The position numbers and the translations under genes are program-made. The notes beneath the pieces are model-generated. The model was not told the origin of the DNA. It ran no database searches and saw only the letters and a list, made by a program, of their open reading frames with translations. A stretch of DNA of 64,000 nt from Bacteroidaceae bacterium (GTDB taxonomy: Bacteria; Bacteroidota; Bacteroidia; Bacteroidales; Bacteroidaceae): positions 3,013-67,012 of the forward strand of contig JAGBGU010000047.1 of assembly GCA_017935785.1 (NCBI GenBank), written 5' to 3'. Positions 30,119 through 39,328 of this stretch are shown here, in pieces (position 1 is the stretch's first letter; every line of letters begins with the position of its first letter).

Positions 30119-30269
30119 GTCATCCTGAACTTGTTTCAGGATCTGTCCGCGGAGAAGGGTCAATCAAGGCTCGCACACAATAAGTCATCCTGAACTTGTT
30201 TCAGGATCTGTCCGCGGAGAAGGGTCAATCAAGGCTCGCGGTGAGATGCTGAAACAAGTTCAGCATGAC
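30119..30269. repeat. inverted-repeat element with duplicated left half (two GTCATCCTGAACTTGTTTCAGGATC arms, one GATGCTGAAACAAGTTCAGCATGAC arm)
   Basis: Left arms start at 30119 and 30184 (a 65-nt duplicated unit). The right arm is at 30245..30269. Confidence 0.8.
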
Positions 30270-30391
30270 GTAGGGGGAAGAACACAACAAAAAAAGACAA
30301 TACGCAACAAGGGCTTGGCAGCGTGTTGCTCCAAGCCCTTGTTGGTTTTATTGATGTTGGAATGTTGTGTGTATTCCGCGTCGGATTCAGA

Positions 30392-32512
30392 TTACCAGAT
30401 GTCTTCCGGTTCTTCGGGGTTGTCGTACACTTCCTTGGCACACCACTCCAGGTGGTCCATGTAAAGCTCCTTACGGTCAGAGTCGAGCACTGACTTCAGA
30501 CGCAGGTAGTAGGTCTTGTCCGCATCGATGTGCTGGCGCAGAAGAATGTGGCGCACGATGTGCGAGTTGCTGCTCTTACGTGCAGAGCCTCCGCTGTTGG
30601 CAATGGCCTCGGCTCCCTTCATTCTCATATTGTTGCGCATGCGCTTGTCCACCTCGGCGTTGTAGTCCATGTCTTCGGTATCGTCTTCCCAACCGGTTGA
30701 CTGGTGGCGGCATCCGATGGTCAGGTCTACAGGGATTCCGGTGGGCTGCATGAAGTTCTTGTTGTCACCGAAGTAGAACTGTACCACACCGCGGTCGCCG
30801 TTGGCCAGTACGCGGTAACGCAGTTCGTATGTACCGCTGCGGGGAACGGGCGGAAGCTTGATTGTCACTTCATAGCGTCCCACGGCCTTCACCTCGTCGG
30901 CCTGCAGGTTACACCAGTCGTAGCCGTATGAGTTCAGGTAAACCATGTTGGTCTCCTCGTTCATGTCCATATTCTCAAAGTAGTGGTACACGGCATTCTT
31001 GGGGATGTGGACAAACTGGTAGCGGTAGTCAGTATCGTCGCGTTTGCGGATGTCGTTGCTCATGGCTTCGGGGAAGAGGCTCATGCTCTCGAATCGGATA
31101 CGGTTCTTGGCCAGGTTGGTACGCACAGCATCTGTGTATGCAAGAGGACGGTCGATGGCATAGATGATACCGTTCACGGCCTCGTATTCGAGTACGCGGT
31201 CAGACTTGCTGTCAATCAGGTTTCCGCGCTTGTCGTCGTCGCAGGATGCCTCGTGATAGTCTTCCTTACGTCCGTTTCTGAGATTGGGGAAACGGTTCAG
31301 ATAGATTCCGTTGCTCTCCTTGCTCTCGTATATCTTGAGCAGACGGCGCTTGCCCATGGTGGCGTAGAATTCCATTACGGGAATGGTGAGGGTCTTGCTG
31401 TTCAGCGAGTATCCCTTTTCGTTCACGTGATATACAAGCTTGTTTGCGGGAGTCTTGAAGGGAAGGATGTGATAGGTTATCCACTGGTTGAGCAGGTTGT
31501 TGGGCGACTTGAAGTTATTGTCAGCCTCGAACTTGTCTTCGGCAGAATACTGCTGGTTGGCCAGCACCCAGTTCTGCACGTCCTCGGGATAGATTTCCAA
31601 TGCGGGCTTGCCGATGGCCTCTGTCCAGAAGCTGTCGGTCTCGGCGAAAATGGTGAAACCGTACTTGCGGTGCTTGGGCGCACGGGCCAGCTGGTATCCT
31701 GATGCTCCGTGGAACACCCAGCTGTTCTTTGTGGCGTCATAATCGGGGATAAGTCCCTGTCGGTAGAGCTTCTCGTATTTTTCGTCCTGGATTTTGCTCA
31801 AGGTGTCGAGCAGTCCGCAGGCGTCCAGCACTCTGGCTGCCACCAGGAATCCCTCTTTCTTGGTTTCGAGGATTTTTCCCACAAGCGTGGCCATGCTGAT
31901 GTCGCTTGGCGCGAGCACCTTTTCCAGACAGTGGATGGTTCCGTTGATGGCGGGGATGTCGCGGTTGCGCACGCTTACGGCGCAGTCATAGTTCAGGTAG
32001 ATGGAGTCGGGGTCGTTCACGTATCTTACCGTCAGACGGCGGTCGTTCATGTTGGACAGGGGGAACTCGCCGTTAGTCTCCTGGGGGAAATCCCATGTAT
32101 TGTACTGTGTAACGTCGCCTCCGTCGATGATGCTGTTCAGTACGATGACGGCACGGATGGAGTCAAGCTTGTGCTGGCTGGGGAACGACTCCCAGTTGGG
32201 GGCGGTAATCAGCCCCTCTTCTACCAGTTTCTCCAGATACTTGGTGATGGCCTCGTTTGTGGGGGCGAAACAAGTGTAGTTTCCGCGTGCGGCGAGCAGC
32301 TGTCCCACCGTTGACTGGCTCATTTCGCTCACCGGCACCATATTGAGCAGTTTCACAAACTCGCTGTACTGTTCATTCTTGGCCAGATAGCTTGCAATGG
32401 TCTCTTCCTTGAAAACATAGCGGGCGGATGTGTCCACATGCTCTGTACAGGCACTCAGTGTGGCTGCAACAAGGATAATTACGCTTAAGAAGCGTTGGAA
32501 TTTTCTTTTCAT
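30392..32512 (-). CDS. fasciclin (FAS1) domain-containing lipoprotein
   Basis: Start taken at MKRKFQRFLSVIILVAATLSAC (ATG 32512, lipobox Cys). It carries the FAS1 signature (NYTCFAPTNEAI). The ORF-track start 32569 adds 19 unlikely residues. Confidence 0.65.
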   Translation of the reverse strand: MKRKFQRFLSVIILVAATLSACTEHVDTSARYVFKEETIASYLAKNEQYSEFVKLLNMVPVSEMSQSTVGQLLAARGNYTCFAPTNEAITKYLEKLVEEGLITAPNWESFPSQHKLDSIRAVIVLNSIIDGGDVTQYNTWDFPQETNGEFPLSNMNDRRLTVRYVNDPDSIYLNYDCAVSVRNRDIPAINGTIHCLEKVLAPSDISMATLVGKILETKKEGFLVAARVLDACGLLDTLSKIQDEKYEKLYRQGLIPDYDATKNSWVFHGASGYQLARAPKHRKYGFTIFAETDSFWTEAIGKPALEIYPEDVQNWVLANQQYSAEDKFEADNNFKSPNNLLNQWITYHILPFKTPANKLVYHVNEKGYSLNSKTLTIPVMEFYATMGKRRLLKIYESKESNGIYLNRFPNLRNGRKEDYHEASCDDDKRGNLIDSKSDRVLEYEAVNGIIYAIDRPLAYTDAVRTNLAKNRIRFESMSLFPEAMSNDIRKRDDTDYRYQFVHIPKNAVYHYFENMDMNEETNMVYLNSYGYDWCNLQADEVKAVGRYEVTIKLPPVPRSGTYELRYRVLANGDRGVVQFYFGDNKNFMQPTGIPVDLTIGCRHQSTGWEDDTEDMDYNAEVDKRMRNNMRMKGAEAIANSGGSARKSSNSHIVRHILLRQHIDADKTYYLRLKSVLDSDRKELYMDHLEWCAKEVYDNPEEPEDIW

Positions 32513-32599
32513 CGGAAAATGTGTTGTTAAAATTTGTTGCAAAAGTATAAAATTTATGTCTATCGGCAAAGCGTATGGTTATAAATTTATTGATTTTAT

Positions 32600-33352
32600 T
32601 TATAATGTGTGCTTTTTCAGATTATTTATCTTGTAACCACGGCGTTTCAGCTCGCGAATGAGCATTTTAAGATGGGAGCGGTAAAACTTGTCCGTGCGCG
32701 CTTCCACGGTACCGATGTGGAAGAGGAGCAGATGGCCGTTGAGCCCTTCTTTCTGTTCCAGGGACAGGATGTTCTCATAGATGGTTTGCGAACTGCGGTA
32801 GTTCTTCATCTGCGGCGTGGTATAGTCGGCATTGCTGGTGCTTCCGGGCGTAAAGTTGATGAGTTTCAGCCCCATGTCGGCAGCCCATGCGGACACCGTG
32901 TCGTTGTAGTGTTCGTAAGGCGGCACAAAATAGGGAGCCTTTTCAATGGTGATGCCGTAAGGCTCAAGTGCGCTGTAACTCTTTCGGATATCCTGTTCAA
33001 ACTCTTCCCTGGTAACATTCATGCGCGAGCCGTCCCAGGGGAAATAAAGCAGATGGCCGTAACTGTGGCTGCCCACATAATGTCCCTGGCGCACAAGCCG
33101 GCGCACAATGTGGGGATAGTTTTCCACAAAATGGCCGGTAAGGAAAAAGGCGCCCTTAACACGTTCCTGCCGCAGGGTCTTCAGAATGGCGTCTGCCCCG
33201 TCCGCATGATGGGCGCCGGTGAAAATCAGGGTTATGCGCTTGGCTGTGGTATCAGAACGGACCATGCCGCCACGGCTCCACACTGCATGGCGCTGCGACA
33301 ATGCCGCCAGCGCCGGCAACAAAAGAAAAAAGACAAGGCACAAACGTTTCAT
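32600..33352 (-). CDS. polysaccharide deacetylase (CE4/NodB-like)
   Basis: 250 aa with a signal peptide and NodB-like segments (ITLIFTGAHHADGADAILKTLRQERVKGAFFLTG, GSHSYGH). Confidence 0.7.
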   Translation of the reverse strand: MKRLCLVFFLLLPALAALSQRHAVWSRGGMVRSDTTAKRITLIFTGAHHADGADAILKTLRQERVKGAFFLTGHFVENYPHIVRRLVRQGHYVGSHSYGHLLYFPWDGSRMNVTREEFEQDIRKSYSALEPYGITIEKAPYFVPPYEHYNDTVSAWAADMGLKLINFTPGSTSNADYTTPQMKNYRSSQTIYENILSLEQKEGLNGHLLLFHIGTVEARTDKFYRSHLKMLIRELKRRGYKINNLKKHTL

Positions 33353-33380
33353 TTTTGTTTTTATTTCTGTTTACCAGAGA

Positions 33381-33431
33381 CCTAGAAAATCTAGAAATAC
33401 TAGAATCTCTAGAATCTCTAGAACCTCTAGA
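33381..33431. repeat. CTAG-rich short tandem repeat (six CTAGA motifs)
   Basis: cCTAGAaaatCTAGAaataCTAGAatctCTAGAatctCTAGAacctCTAGAcc, located in the 91-nt spacer between two co-directional minus-strand genes. Confidence 0.85.
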
Positions 33432-33443
33432 CCACCAAAAAAA

Positions 33444-34403
33444 TCATCCGAATCCTTCTATCTCAGCAGCATAGCGCCCATGTACATAATGAACCATGAA
33501 CTTGCCGGAACGTCCCTGTTCTGACAACATCACAGCCACCATTCCCATGGTCATGCGCCAGTTAATCTCCACACAGGGGCAGATACCTTCGCGGCAGAGC
33601 ATCATGTCCACGCCCACAGGTCCCTTGTAGGGAATTTCCTTCAGATAGGATATCCACCAGCGGCAGATGTCATCCAGCAAATCGAGCGACACATACTGCC
33701 CCAGCCACTGGCGCTTTACCTCCTCAGGGGCAAGCCAGTTGCCTACATACGCACCGGATGGCGTGTTATGGAAGAGCGACAAACCGCAGTATTCCACTCC
33801 TCCGCAACCGTCGCAACGGAATTCCATGGCAAAATCCACCGTCTTGTAGAGCCAGCGCTCCGCCACCACGCTGCCCTGCTGGCGGATGATGCGCTTTGCC
33901 CATGCATGGAAGTGAGGGTCGGTGTCGGGCATCAGTCCCTTTCCGCTGCTGCTCCAGGGCGCTTTGAGCAAAGTGTGGGGCCAGCGTTGACGGCAGATGT
34001 CCAGTTGCTCCAAAGTGCTGCACACTTCCGACTCTCCGCATATCCACTCACCCGCCACCCCGTCGGCACGCAGGTGTTTCAAGGCCTCTACGGCTGTACG
34101 GCGGTTTGAGAGGGCGCGCAGACTGTGCATTTCCTCATCCGACGGCAAAAAACTGTCGTCCGCCCCTGCCTTACGGAGTTGGTGGATAAGCGCAGGGCTC
34201 CATCCCCAGGGCACAATCTCATCGCCCGGATTCAGATGAAGAGGCTCCTCTCCGTCCCATACCCGGTCGCCCTCATCCGCCCACCACTCAGGCAACCAAT
34301 ACAGTTCGCTACGCATCTGCCTTGCGCTGGCAGGGGCGGTAAAGCCGGGACGTCCGTCGGCCAGCGCCAAATCATTCTCTGGATTAAATATATGCAGTTT
34401 CAT
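33444..34403 (-). CDS. hypothetical protein, possibly ATP-grasp fold
   Basis: 319 aa. The only hint of function is LLKAPWSSSGKGL, which resembles an ATP-grasp P-loop-like segment. Confidence 0.35.
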   Translation of the reverse strand: MKLHIFNPENDLALADGRPGFTAPASARQMRSELYWLPEWWADEGDRVWDGEEPLHLNPGDEIVPWGWSPALIHQLRKAGADDSFLPSDEEMHSLRALSNRRTAVEALKHLRADGVAGEWICGESEVCSTLEQLDICRQRWPHTLLKAPWSSSGKGLMPDTDPHFHAWAKRIIRQQGSVVAERWLYKTVDFAMEFRCDGCGGVEYCGLSLFHNTPSGAYVGNWLAPEEVKRQWLGQYVSLDLLDDICRWWISYLKEIPYKGPVGVDMMLCREGICPCVEINWRMTMGMVAVMLSEQGRSGKFMVHYVHGRYAAEIEGFG

Positions 34404-34639
34404 AGTACAAAGGTAGTGATAATTGACCGTTCAGCCAAAAACTACGTCTCCGAAATGGTATGCCGAAAGCACAAGCCGCCATATCAGAAACACTGCCATA
34501 CAGTCCTTTTCAGACATTTCGGGAGGCGGTTTCTGGTAATAAAAACATAGGACAAAGGCATAAAACGGATTCATCTGTTGTGAAATACAGATTATTTCCC
34601 TACATTTGTGGGCAAATAACCATTAGCCCCACAAATATA

Positions 34640-36367
34640 ATGATGAAAACATTACACTTACGGACTGTCCTGCTGTTATGCCTGCTCATAACCGCATCGG
34701 CAAGCATGGCCGGACGCATTGAAAAGGACAAGGAAAAGGTGGTGGTGGCCTACGTCACCTCGTGGACAGAAGTCATTCCCGACCCGCATTCCATGACGCA
34801 TATCAACTATGCCTTTGCCCTGGTGAACGACTCGTTCGACGGCATCCGCATCTCCAACCCCGAGCGTCTGCATCGCATTGCAGCCCTGAAAAAGGATGCG
34901 CCCCACCTGCGTGTCATGCTTTCCGTTGGCGGTTGGGGAGCTGGCAATTTCAGCGAAATGGCCGCTTCTCCCAAACTGCGCAAGGCTTTTGCAAAAGATT
35001 GCCTCAAGGCTGTGGAAGAATTCGGTCTGGACGGCATAGACATAGACTGGGAATACCCTACACAAAACAGCGCCGGCATATCCTGCTCGCCAGATGACAC
35101 AAAGAACTTCACCCTTCTGATGCGCGACCTGAGAAAGGCACTGGGAAGCAAACGGTTACTGACCATAGCCACCGTGGCAAGCGGAGAATACATCGACTTT
35201 CCCTCTTGCATCAAATACCTCGACTTTGTGAACGTAATGGCATACGACATGGGAAATCCGCCCGTCCACCATGCCCCGCTCTACAGCAGCCCCATTACAG
35301 GGTGGATGAGCACATCGAAAGCCATTGAATCGCATCTGCAGAAAGGAATCCCGGCCCGGAAACTGGTCATGGGCATGCCCTTCTATGGCCGCGGGCCAAA
35401 GACATATGACTATTATCACGGTCCGCAGCAGAAGCTTCCACCGGGTATCAGCGAGCGCTGGAGCGACAAGGCACAGGTGCCCTACCTGGCAAACCAGGGC
35501 GACACACTGGTCTACGGCTACGACAACACACGCTCGCTGGCCATCAAGTGTCAGTATGTAATGGATCACGGCCTACTGGGAGGAATGTACTGGGAGTATG
35601 CCGACGATACGCCACAAGGTGACAAACGGCGCACCCTGCAGCTCAGCCTCATGCAGCACAAACGCGGCACGGAAGCCCCGCAGCGCATACTGGCCATTGC
35701 AGAAACCGGCAACGAACACGAAGCCTTCAGCCGCGCCGCCCTGGCATGGCTCCAGGCACGCAAGGACTCGCTCAACATCCAGGTGGACCACGTTACCAGC
35801 CTGCGCGACATGCCTGCCGGAAGCCTTCAACAGTACCATCTGATTCTACAACTCGACTACCCGCCATACGCCTGGAGCGACGAGGCCAAGGCCGATTTCA
35901 TACAATATATCGAACACGGAACGGGTGCCTACATCGGTTTTCACCATGCCTCGCTTCTGGGCGACATCTTCGGTGCGGGTCCCATGTGGGACTGGTTCAG
36001 CAAGTTCATGGGCGGCATCCGTTGGAAAGGCTATATCGAAAAGCCCACGGACGGCACCATCTGCCTGGAAGACCGCACACACCCCGTCACCGCCAACCTT
36101 CCGGACACCATACGCATCCCACAGGACGAGTGGTACACATATCACAGCAGTCCGCGCCCCAATGTGCATGTGCTGGCACATGTGGACGAGCACAGCTACT
36201 CCCCTGCATCGTCCGTACGTATGGGCGACCATCCTGTCATTTGGACAAATCCCTCCATACCCGCCCGTAATGTATATTTCCAGTTCGGCCATTCCGCATC
36301 TCTTTTCCAACAACCAGCCTTCGTGCAGATGTTCTCCAACGCCATCCGTTGGGCGTTAGGCAAATAA
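34640..36367 (+). CDS. GH18 glycosidase (chitinase / endo-beta-N-acetylglucosaminidase-like) fused to a C-terminal ThuA-like domain
   Basis: Start taken at MMKTLHLRTVLLLCLLITASASMAG (ATG 34640). It has the GH18 catalytic motif LDGIDIDWEYP. The C-terminal ~230 aa resemble the downstream ThuA-like ORF (RILAIAETGNEHEAF.., HPVIWTN, FQFGH). Confidence 0.75.
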   Translation: MMKTLHLRTVLLLCLLITASASMAGRIEKDKEKVVVAYVTSWTEVIPDPHSMTHINYAFALVNDSFDGIRISNPERLHRIAALKKDAPHLRVMLSVGGWGAGNFSEMAASPKLRKAFAKDCLKAVEEFGLDGIDIDWEYPTQNSAGISCSPDDTKNFTLLMRDLRKALGSKRLLTIATVASGEYIDFPSCIKYLDFVNVMAYDMGNPPVHHAPLYSSPITGWMSTSKAIESHLQKGIPARKLVMGMPFYGRGPKTYDYYHGPQQKLPPGISERWSDKAQVPYLANQGDTLVYGYDNTRSLAIKCQYVMDHGLLGGMYWEYADDTPQGDKRRTLQLSLMQHKRGTEAPQRILAIAETGNEHEAFSRAALAWLQARKDSLNIQVDHVTSLRDMPAGSLQQYHLILQLDYPPYAWSDEAKADFIQYIEHGTGAYIGFHHASLLGDIFGAGPMWDWFSKFMGGIRWKGYIEKPTDGTICLEDRTHPVTANLPDTIRIPQDEWYTYHSSPRPNVHVLAHVDEHSYSPASSVRMGDHPVIWTNPSIPARNVYFQFGHSASLFQQPAFVQMFSNAIRWALGK

Positions 36368-36398
36368 ACTTCCAGGAAATCCAAAAAAATAAATAAAG

Positions 36399-37196
36399 AT
36401 GAAACATTTCCTTCTCCTTCTCTTCCTGGCCAGTCTATGGCTTGTCCCGGCAAAGGCACAACAGGGATACCCCGCCAGTTATGCCGGTGCGCCCCGCTTC
36501 CGTGCATTGCTCGTATGGAGCCCCCATGTGGAAGAAGCGCACGTACAGTTCTCACAAGACGCCATCCGTTTTTTCCACAAACTAAGCTACGGCGAGGGTT
36601 TCCTTATGGACACCACCACTCACTTCAGCCAATTTGCCGACAGTCTGGAACGCTACAATATCATCGTCATGCTGAACACACAACCCCACGGTGAAAAGGA
36701 ACGCCAGGCATTCCAGCGCTACATGGAACAAGGCGGCGGCTGGATGGGGTTCCACGCTGCAGCCTATAATGACAAAAACACAAAATGGCCATGGTTCAAC
36801 GAATTCCTGGGTTGCGGTGCTTTCTACTGCAACAACTGGCCTCCGCAACCGGCTCTGGTAGACTGCGACACCACACACACCGTCACACGCTCCCTGCCAC
36901 AATCGTTCGTTATCCCCGAATCTGAATTCTATATGTGGAATCCCTCGCCTCGCGCCGACAAGGATGTGCGCATTCTGCTCTCCATCTCGCCCAAGATGTA
37001 CCCCTTCGGCATCAAGGACATTATACGGTGGGGCGATTTCCCCGTGGTCTGGACAAACACTCGCTACCGAATGATTTACCTGAACATGGGACACGGCGAT
37101 ACAGGCTTTACCGATGCCACACAAAATCTGCTCTACGTGAATGCCTTCCGCTGGGTTGTGAGCCGCCACCCCAAAGGGAATCCTTTTGGCGACTAA
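36399..37196 (+). CDS. ThuA (trehalose-utilisation-like) domain protein, secreted
   Basis: 265 aa with a signal peptide. It is paralogous to the C-terminal half of the upstream gene (FPVVWTNTRYRMIYLNMGHGD). Confidence 0.6.
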   Translation: MKHFLLLLFLASLWLVPAKAQQGYPASYAGAPRFRALLVWSPHVEEAHVQFSQDAIRFFHKLSYGEGFLMDTTTHFSQFADSLERYNIIVMLNTQPHGEKERQAFQRYMEQGGGWMGFHAAAYNDKNTKWPWFNEFLGCGAFYCNNWPPQPALVDCDTTHTVTRSLPQSFVIPESEFYMWNPSPRADKDVRILLSISPKMYPFGIKDIIRWGDFPVVWTNTRYRMIYLNMGHGDTGFTDATQNLLYVNAFRWVVSRHPKGNPFGD

Positions 37197-37220
37197 ACGA
37201 CAACCGTCTCTGTCCGCTGT

Positions 37221-37682
37221 TTATTTCTTACGGAAAATCACCCACTCGTTCATCACAAAATTGAACAGGCCGGAGAACACAAGTGCCAGCAGATTACAGA
37301 CTACCACATTAAGTCCCGCAAAATGGCGGATAAGTACAAACGGCACCATTTTTATCAGAAAGGCCGCCACGCAAGATACATTATAGGGGAAAAAGCGAAG
37401 GAAAAAATTGCGCACGGAGCGCTGTGACACCCTGTCCTTCCAGACAAAGAAGTAAGCCAGTACATAGTTGGTAAACACGGCACACTCAAACGATACGGAC
37501 GGCGCGACAAAAAGTTGCGCCGCTTCGTTTCCCACAAACAGCCGCTCTGCAAGAAGCCACATTACGATACAGTCTACAGCCGTCCCGGCAAGTGTAGACA
37601 ACATAAACTTTACGTATCTGAGGATTTTCTCCATGTAGCTCACACCCAAGGAGAGCGGCGGAGACGCCATATAGTCATCCAA
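37221..37682 (-). CDS. GtrA-family membrane protein
   Basis: 153 aa with 4 TM helices and the GtrA-like N-terminus RYVKFMLSTLAGTAVDCIVMWLL. The true start may be the MEKIL Met at 37634. Confidence 0.6.
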   Translation of the reverse strand: MDDYMASPPLSLGVSYMEKILRYVKFMLSTLAGTAVDCIVMWLLAERLFVGNEAAQLFVAPSVSFECAVFTNYVLAYFFVWKDRVSQRSVRNFFLRFFPYNVSCVAAFLIKMVPFVLIRHFAGLNVVVCNLLALVFSGLFNFVMNEWVIFRKK

Positions 37683-37701
37683 CTGCCCTCCCTACGTTTC
37701 C

Positions 37702-38400
37702 TTACTTATTCAGCGGATCTATTTTTGCAAAGAACTTACCGTCCTTCACCAGGCTGTTGACATAGATGGCAAAAAGAGTCAGGGCAACTGCCATGCCCCC
37801 CACATCCATGCTGAGCAAATCGGCATTCAACGGTCCCAATTCCACATGCAGGCTGAAACTGTGCAGAGGCTCCACAAAATACCAGACCGTATTTATCAGT
37901 ATCATGAACACGCGGAACTCTGTTGGTCCCATAAAGCCGTAGGTCAGTTTGAACTCATTTTTCAGATGGGCGCATATCATTACATATACCTCCAGCGCCA
38001 GATAGACTGCCAAAATCAGCATCGCGGACCACAGGTGCATATAGGCAGAGAATCCCATACCGCCGATAATGAAGAACTGGGCAACGCAATCCACATTGTG
38101 GTCTATATAAAAGCCGTACAAGGGGCGTGACTGATTTCGGACCCGAGCCAGCGTGCCGTCAAGCGAATCGCCGAACCAGTGGAGCACCACGCCAAAAGAA
38201 CATAGCCACAACCATTCGTGCGCATAATTCGTAAGCAGATAACCGGCAGCAATCAGCACTGCCGCAAAAAGGCTGAACCATGTCAGCATGTCTGAAGTGA
38301 CCCATGCCGGCATCCGCTCCGCCATCCAAATCAGCACTTTCTTCTCGTACGGGTTCAGCAAGGATGTCTGTATCCTGTTGGAATTCTCATTCTTGTTCAT
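37702..38400 (-). CDS. CDP-alcohol phosphatidyltransferase family protein
   Basis: 232 aa, multi-TM, with the signature D-G-x2-A-R-x8-G-x3-D-x3-D (GDSLDGTLARVRNQSRPLYGFYIDHNVD). Confidence 0.8.
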   Translation of the reverse strand: MNKNENSNRIQTSLLNPYEKKVLIWMAERMPAWVTSDMLTWFSLFAAVLIAAGYLLTNYAHEWLWLCSFGVVLHWFGDSLDGTLARVRNQSRPLYGFYIDHNVDCVAQFFIIGGMGFSAYMHLWSAMLILAVYLALEVYVMICAHLKNEFKLTYGFMGPTEFRVFMILINTVWYFVEPLHSFSLHVELGPLNADLLSMDVGGMAVALTLFAIYVNSLVKDGKFFAKIDPLNK

Positions 38401-38482
38401 AACCTCAATCTTTCTTCTTTACCTAAACAAATAATAAAGACTGCCCCGACAAACGCGGAGCAGTCTGCACGTATTTAAAATA

Positions 38483-39328
38483 TTATGAATTAACAAGCAA
38501 CATATAGATCGTAACTGCAGGGATGGCCAGCAGACTGCTGTCAAAACGGTCCAGCATGCCTCCGTGTCCGGGAAGCACATTGCCGCTGTCCTTTATGCCC
38601 AGCTGGCGTTTCAGCATACTCTCCACCAGGTCGCCCCAAGTGCCGAAAAGCACCACTACCAGGGCAAAGCCTATCCACTTGGGCAGAGAAAGCAGACCCG
38701 GGAAGAAATGGGATACTGTCACGGCCGCAGCCACAGTCAGCAATCCGCCGCCGATACTGCCCACCCACGATTTGTTGGGCGAGATACGGGGAAACAGCTT
38801 GGCTGTAAAATACTTGCGGAGCGAGCAGCCGAACAGGTAGGCACCCGTGTCATTGACCCAAATAAAAAGGAACAGCGCCATAGGATAAATTTCCTCGTAC
38901 ACACAACGGCCGTTCTCGTCATACACCACACTCATCATGGGCAAAAGTGCAAAAGGCAAAGCCACATAGAGCTGAGAGGCAAAGATTAGCGACCAGTTTT
39001 TGAGCGGATCTGCAGCCTTGCGATACAGTTCACTGACGAGCAAATAGAGCAACAACAGGCCATATAGGGCAAAAGCCTCGCGCGTACCGCTTCCGCCCAC
39101 CAGCCAAAGCCATACAGAAGAGGTAAGCAGCATTCCGGCAAAGGCATTGAGATAAGGAACCAGCGAAGCACCGTAATGACGGTTCATCAGAGTGCTGAAC
39201 TCCCATAAAGTAGCCATGGTTACGACGGCAAAAAACAAGTATGCCGATACTGGCCCATAGAGGGTACATCCAGCCAAAAGTACCACATATATAGCCCCGG
39301 TAAGGGCTCTGACTATAAAATTCTTCAT
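38483..39328 (-). CDS. cdsA: phosphatidate cytidylyltransferase
   Basis: 281 aa with the CdsA signature SMLKRQLGIKDSGNVLPGHGGMLDRFDS. Confidence 0.9.
   Translation of the reverse strand: MKNFIVRALTGAIYVVLLAGCTLYGPVSAYLFFAVVTMATLWEFSTLMNRHYGASLVPYLNAFAGMLLTSSVWLWLVGGSGTREAFALYGLLLLYLLVSELYRKAADPLKNWSLIFASQLYVALPFALLPMMSVVYDENGRCVYEEIYPMALFLFIWVNDTGAYLFGCSLRKYFTAKLFPRISPNKSWVGSIGGGLLTVAAAVTVSHFFPGLLSLPKWIGFALVVVLFGTWGDLVESMLKRQLGIKDSGNVLPGHGGMLDRFDSSLLAIPAVTIYMLLVNS

Larger units (their letters stand above)
29093..30342. repeat. dispersed ~1.2-kb repeat, copy B (direct repeat of 4596..5783)
   Basis: See copy A. Segment order is the same, with a shorter tandem array and extra inverted-repeat modules. 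Confidence 0.85.

Noticed and set aside
34460-34639. The N-terminal 60 codons of ORF 34460..36367
   Set aside because: A canonical signal peptide (MMKTLHLRTVLLLCLL..) starts at 34640. The upstream extension has no coding character and overlaps the divergent promoter region.
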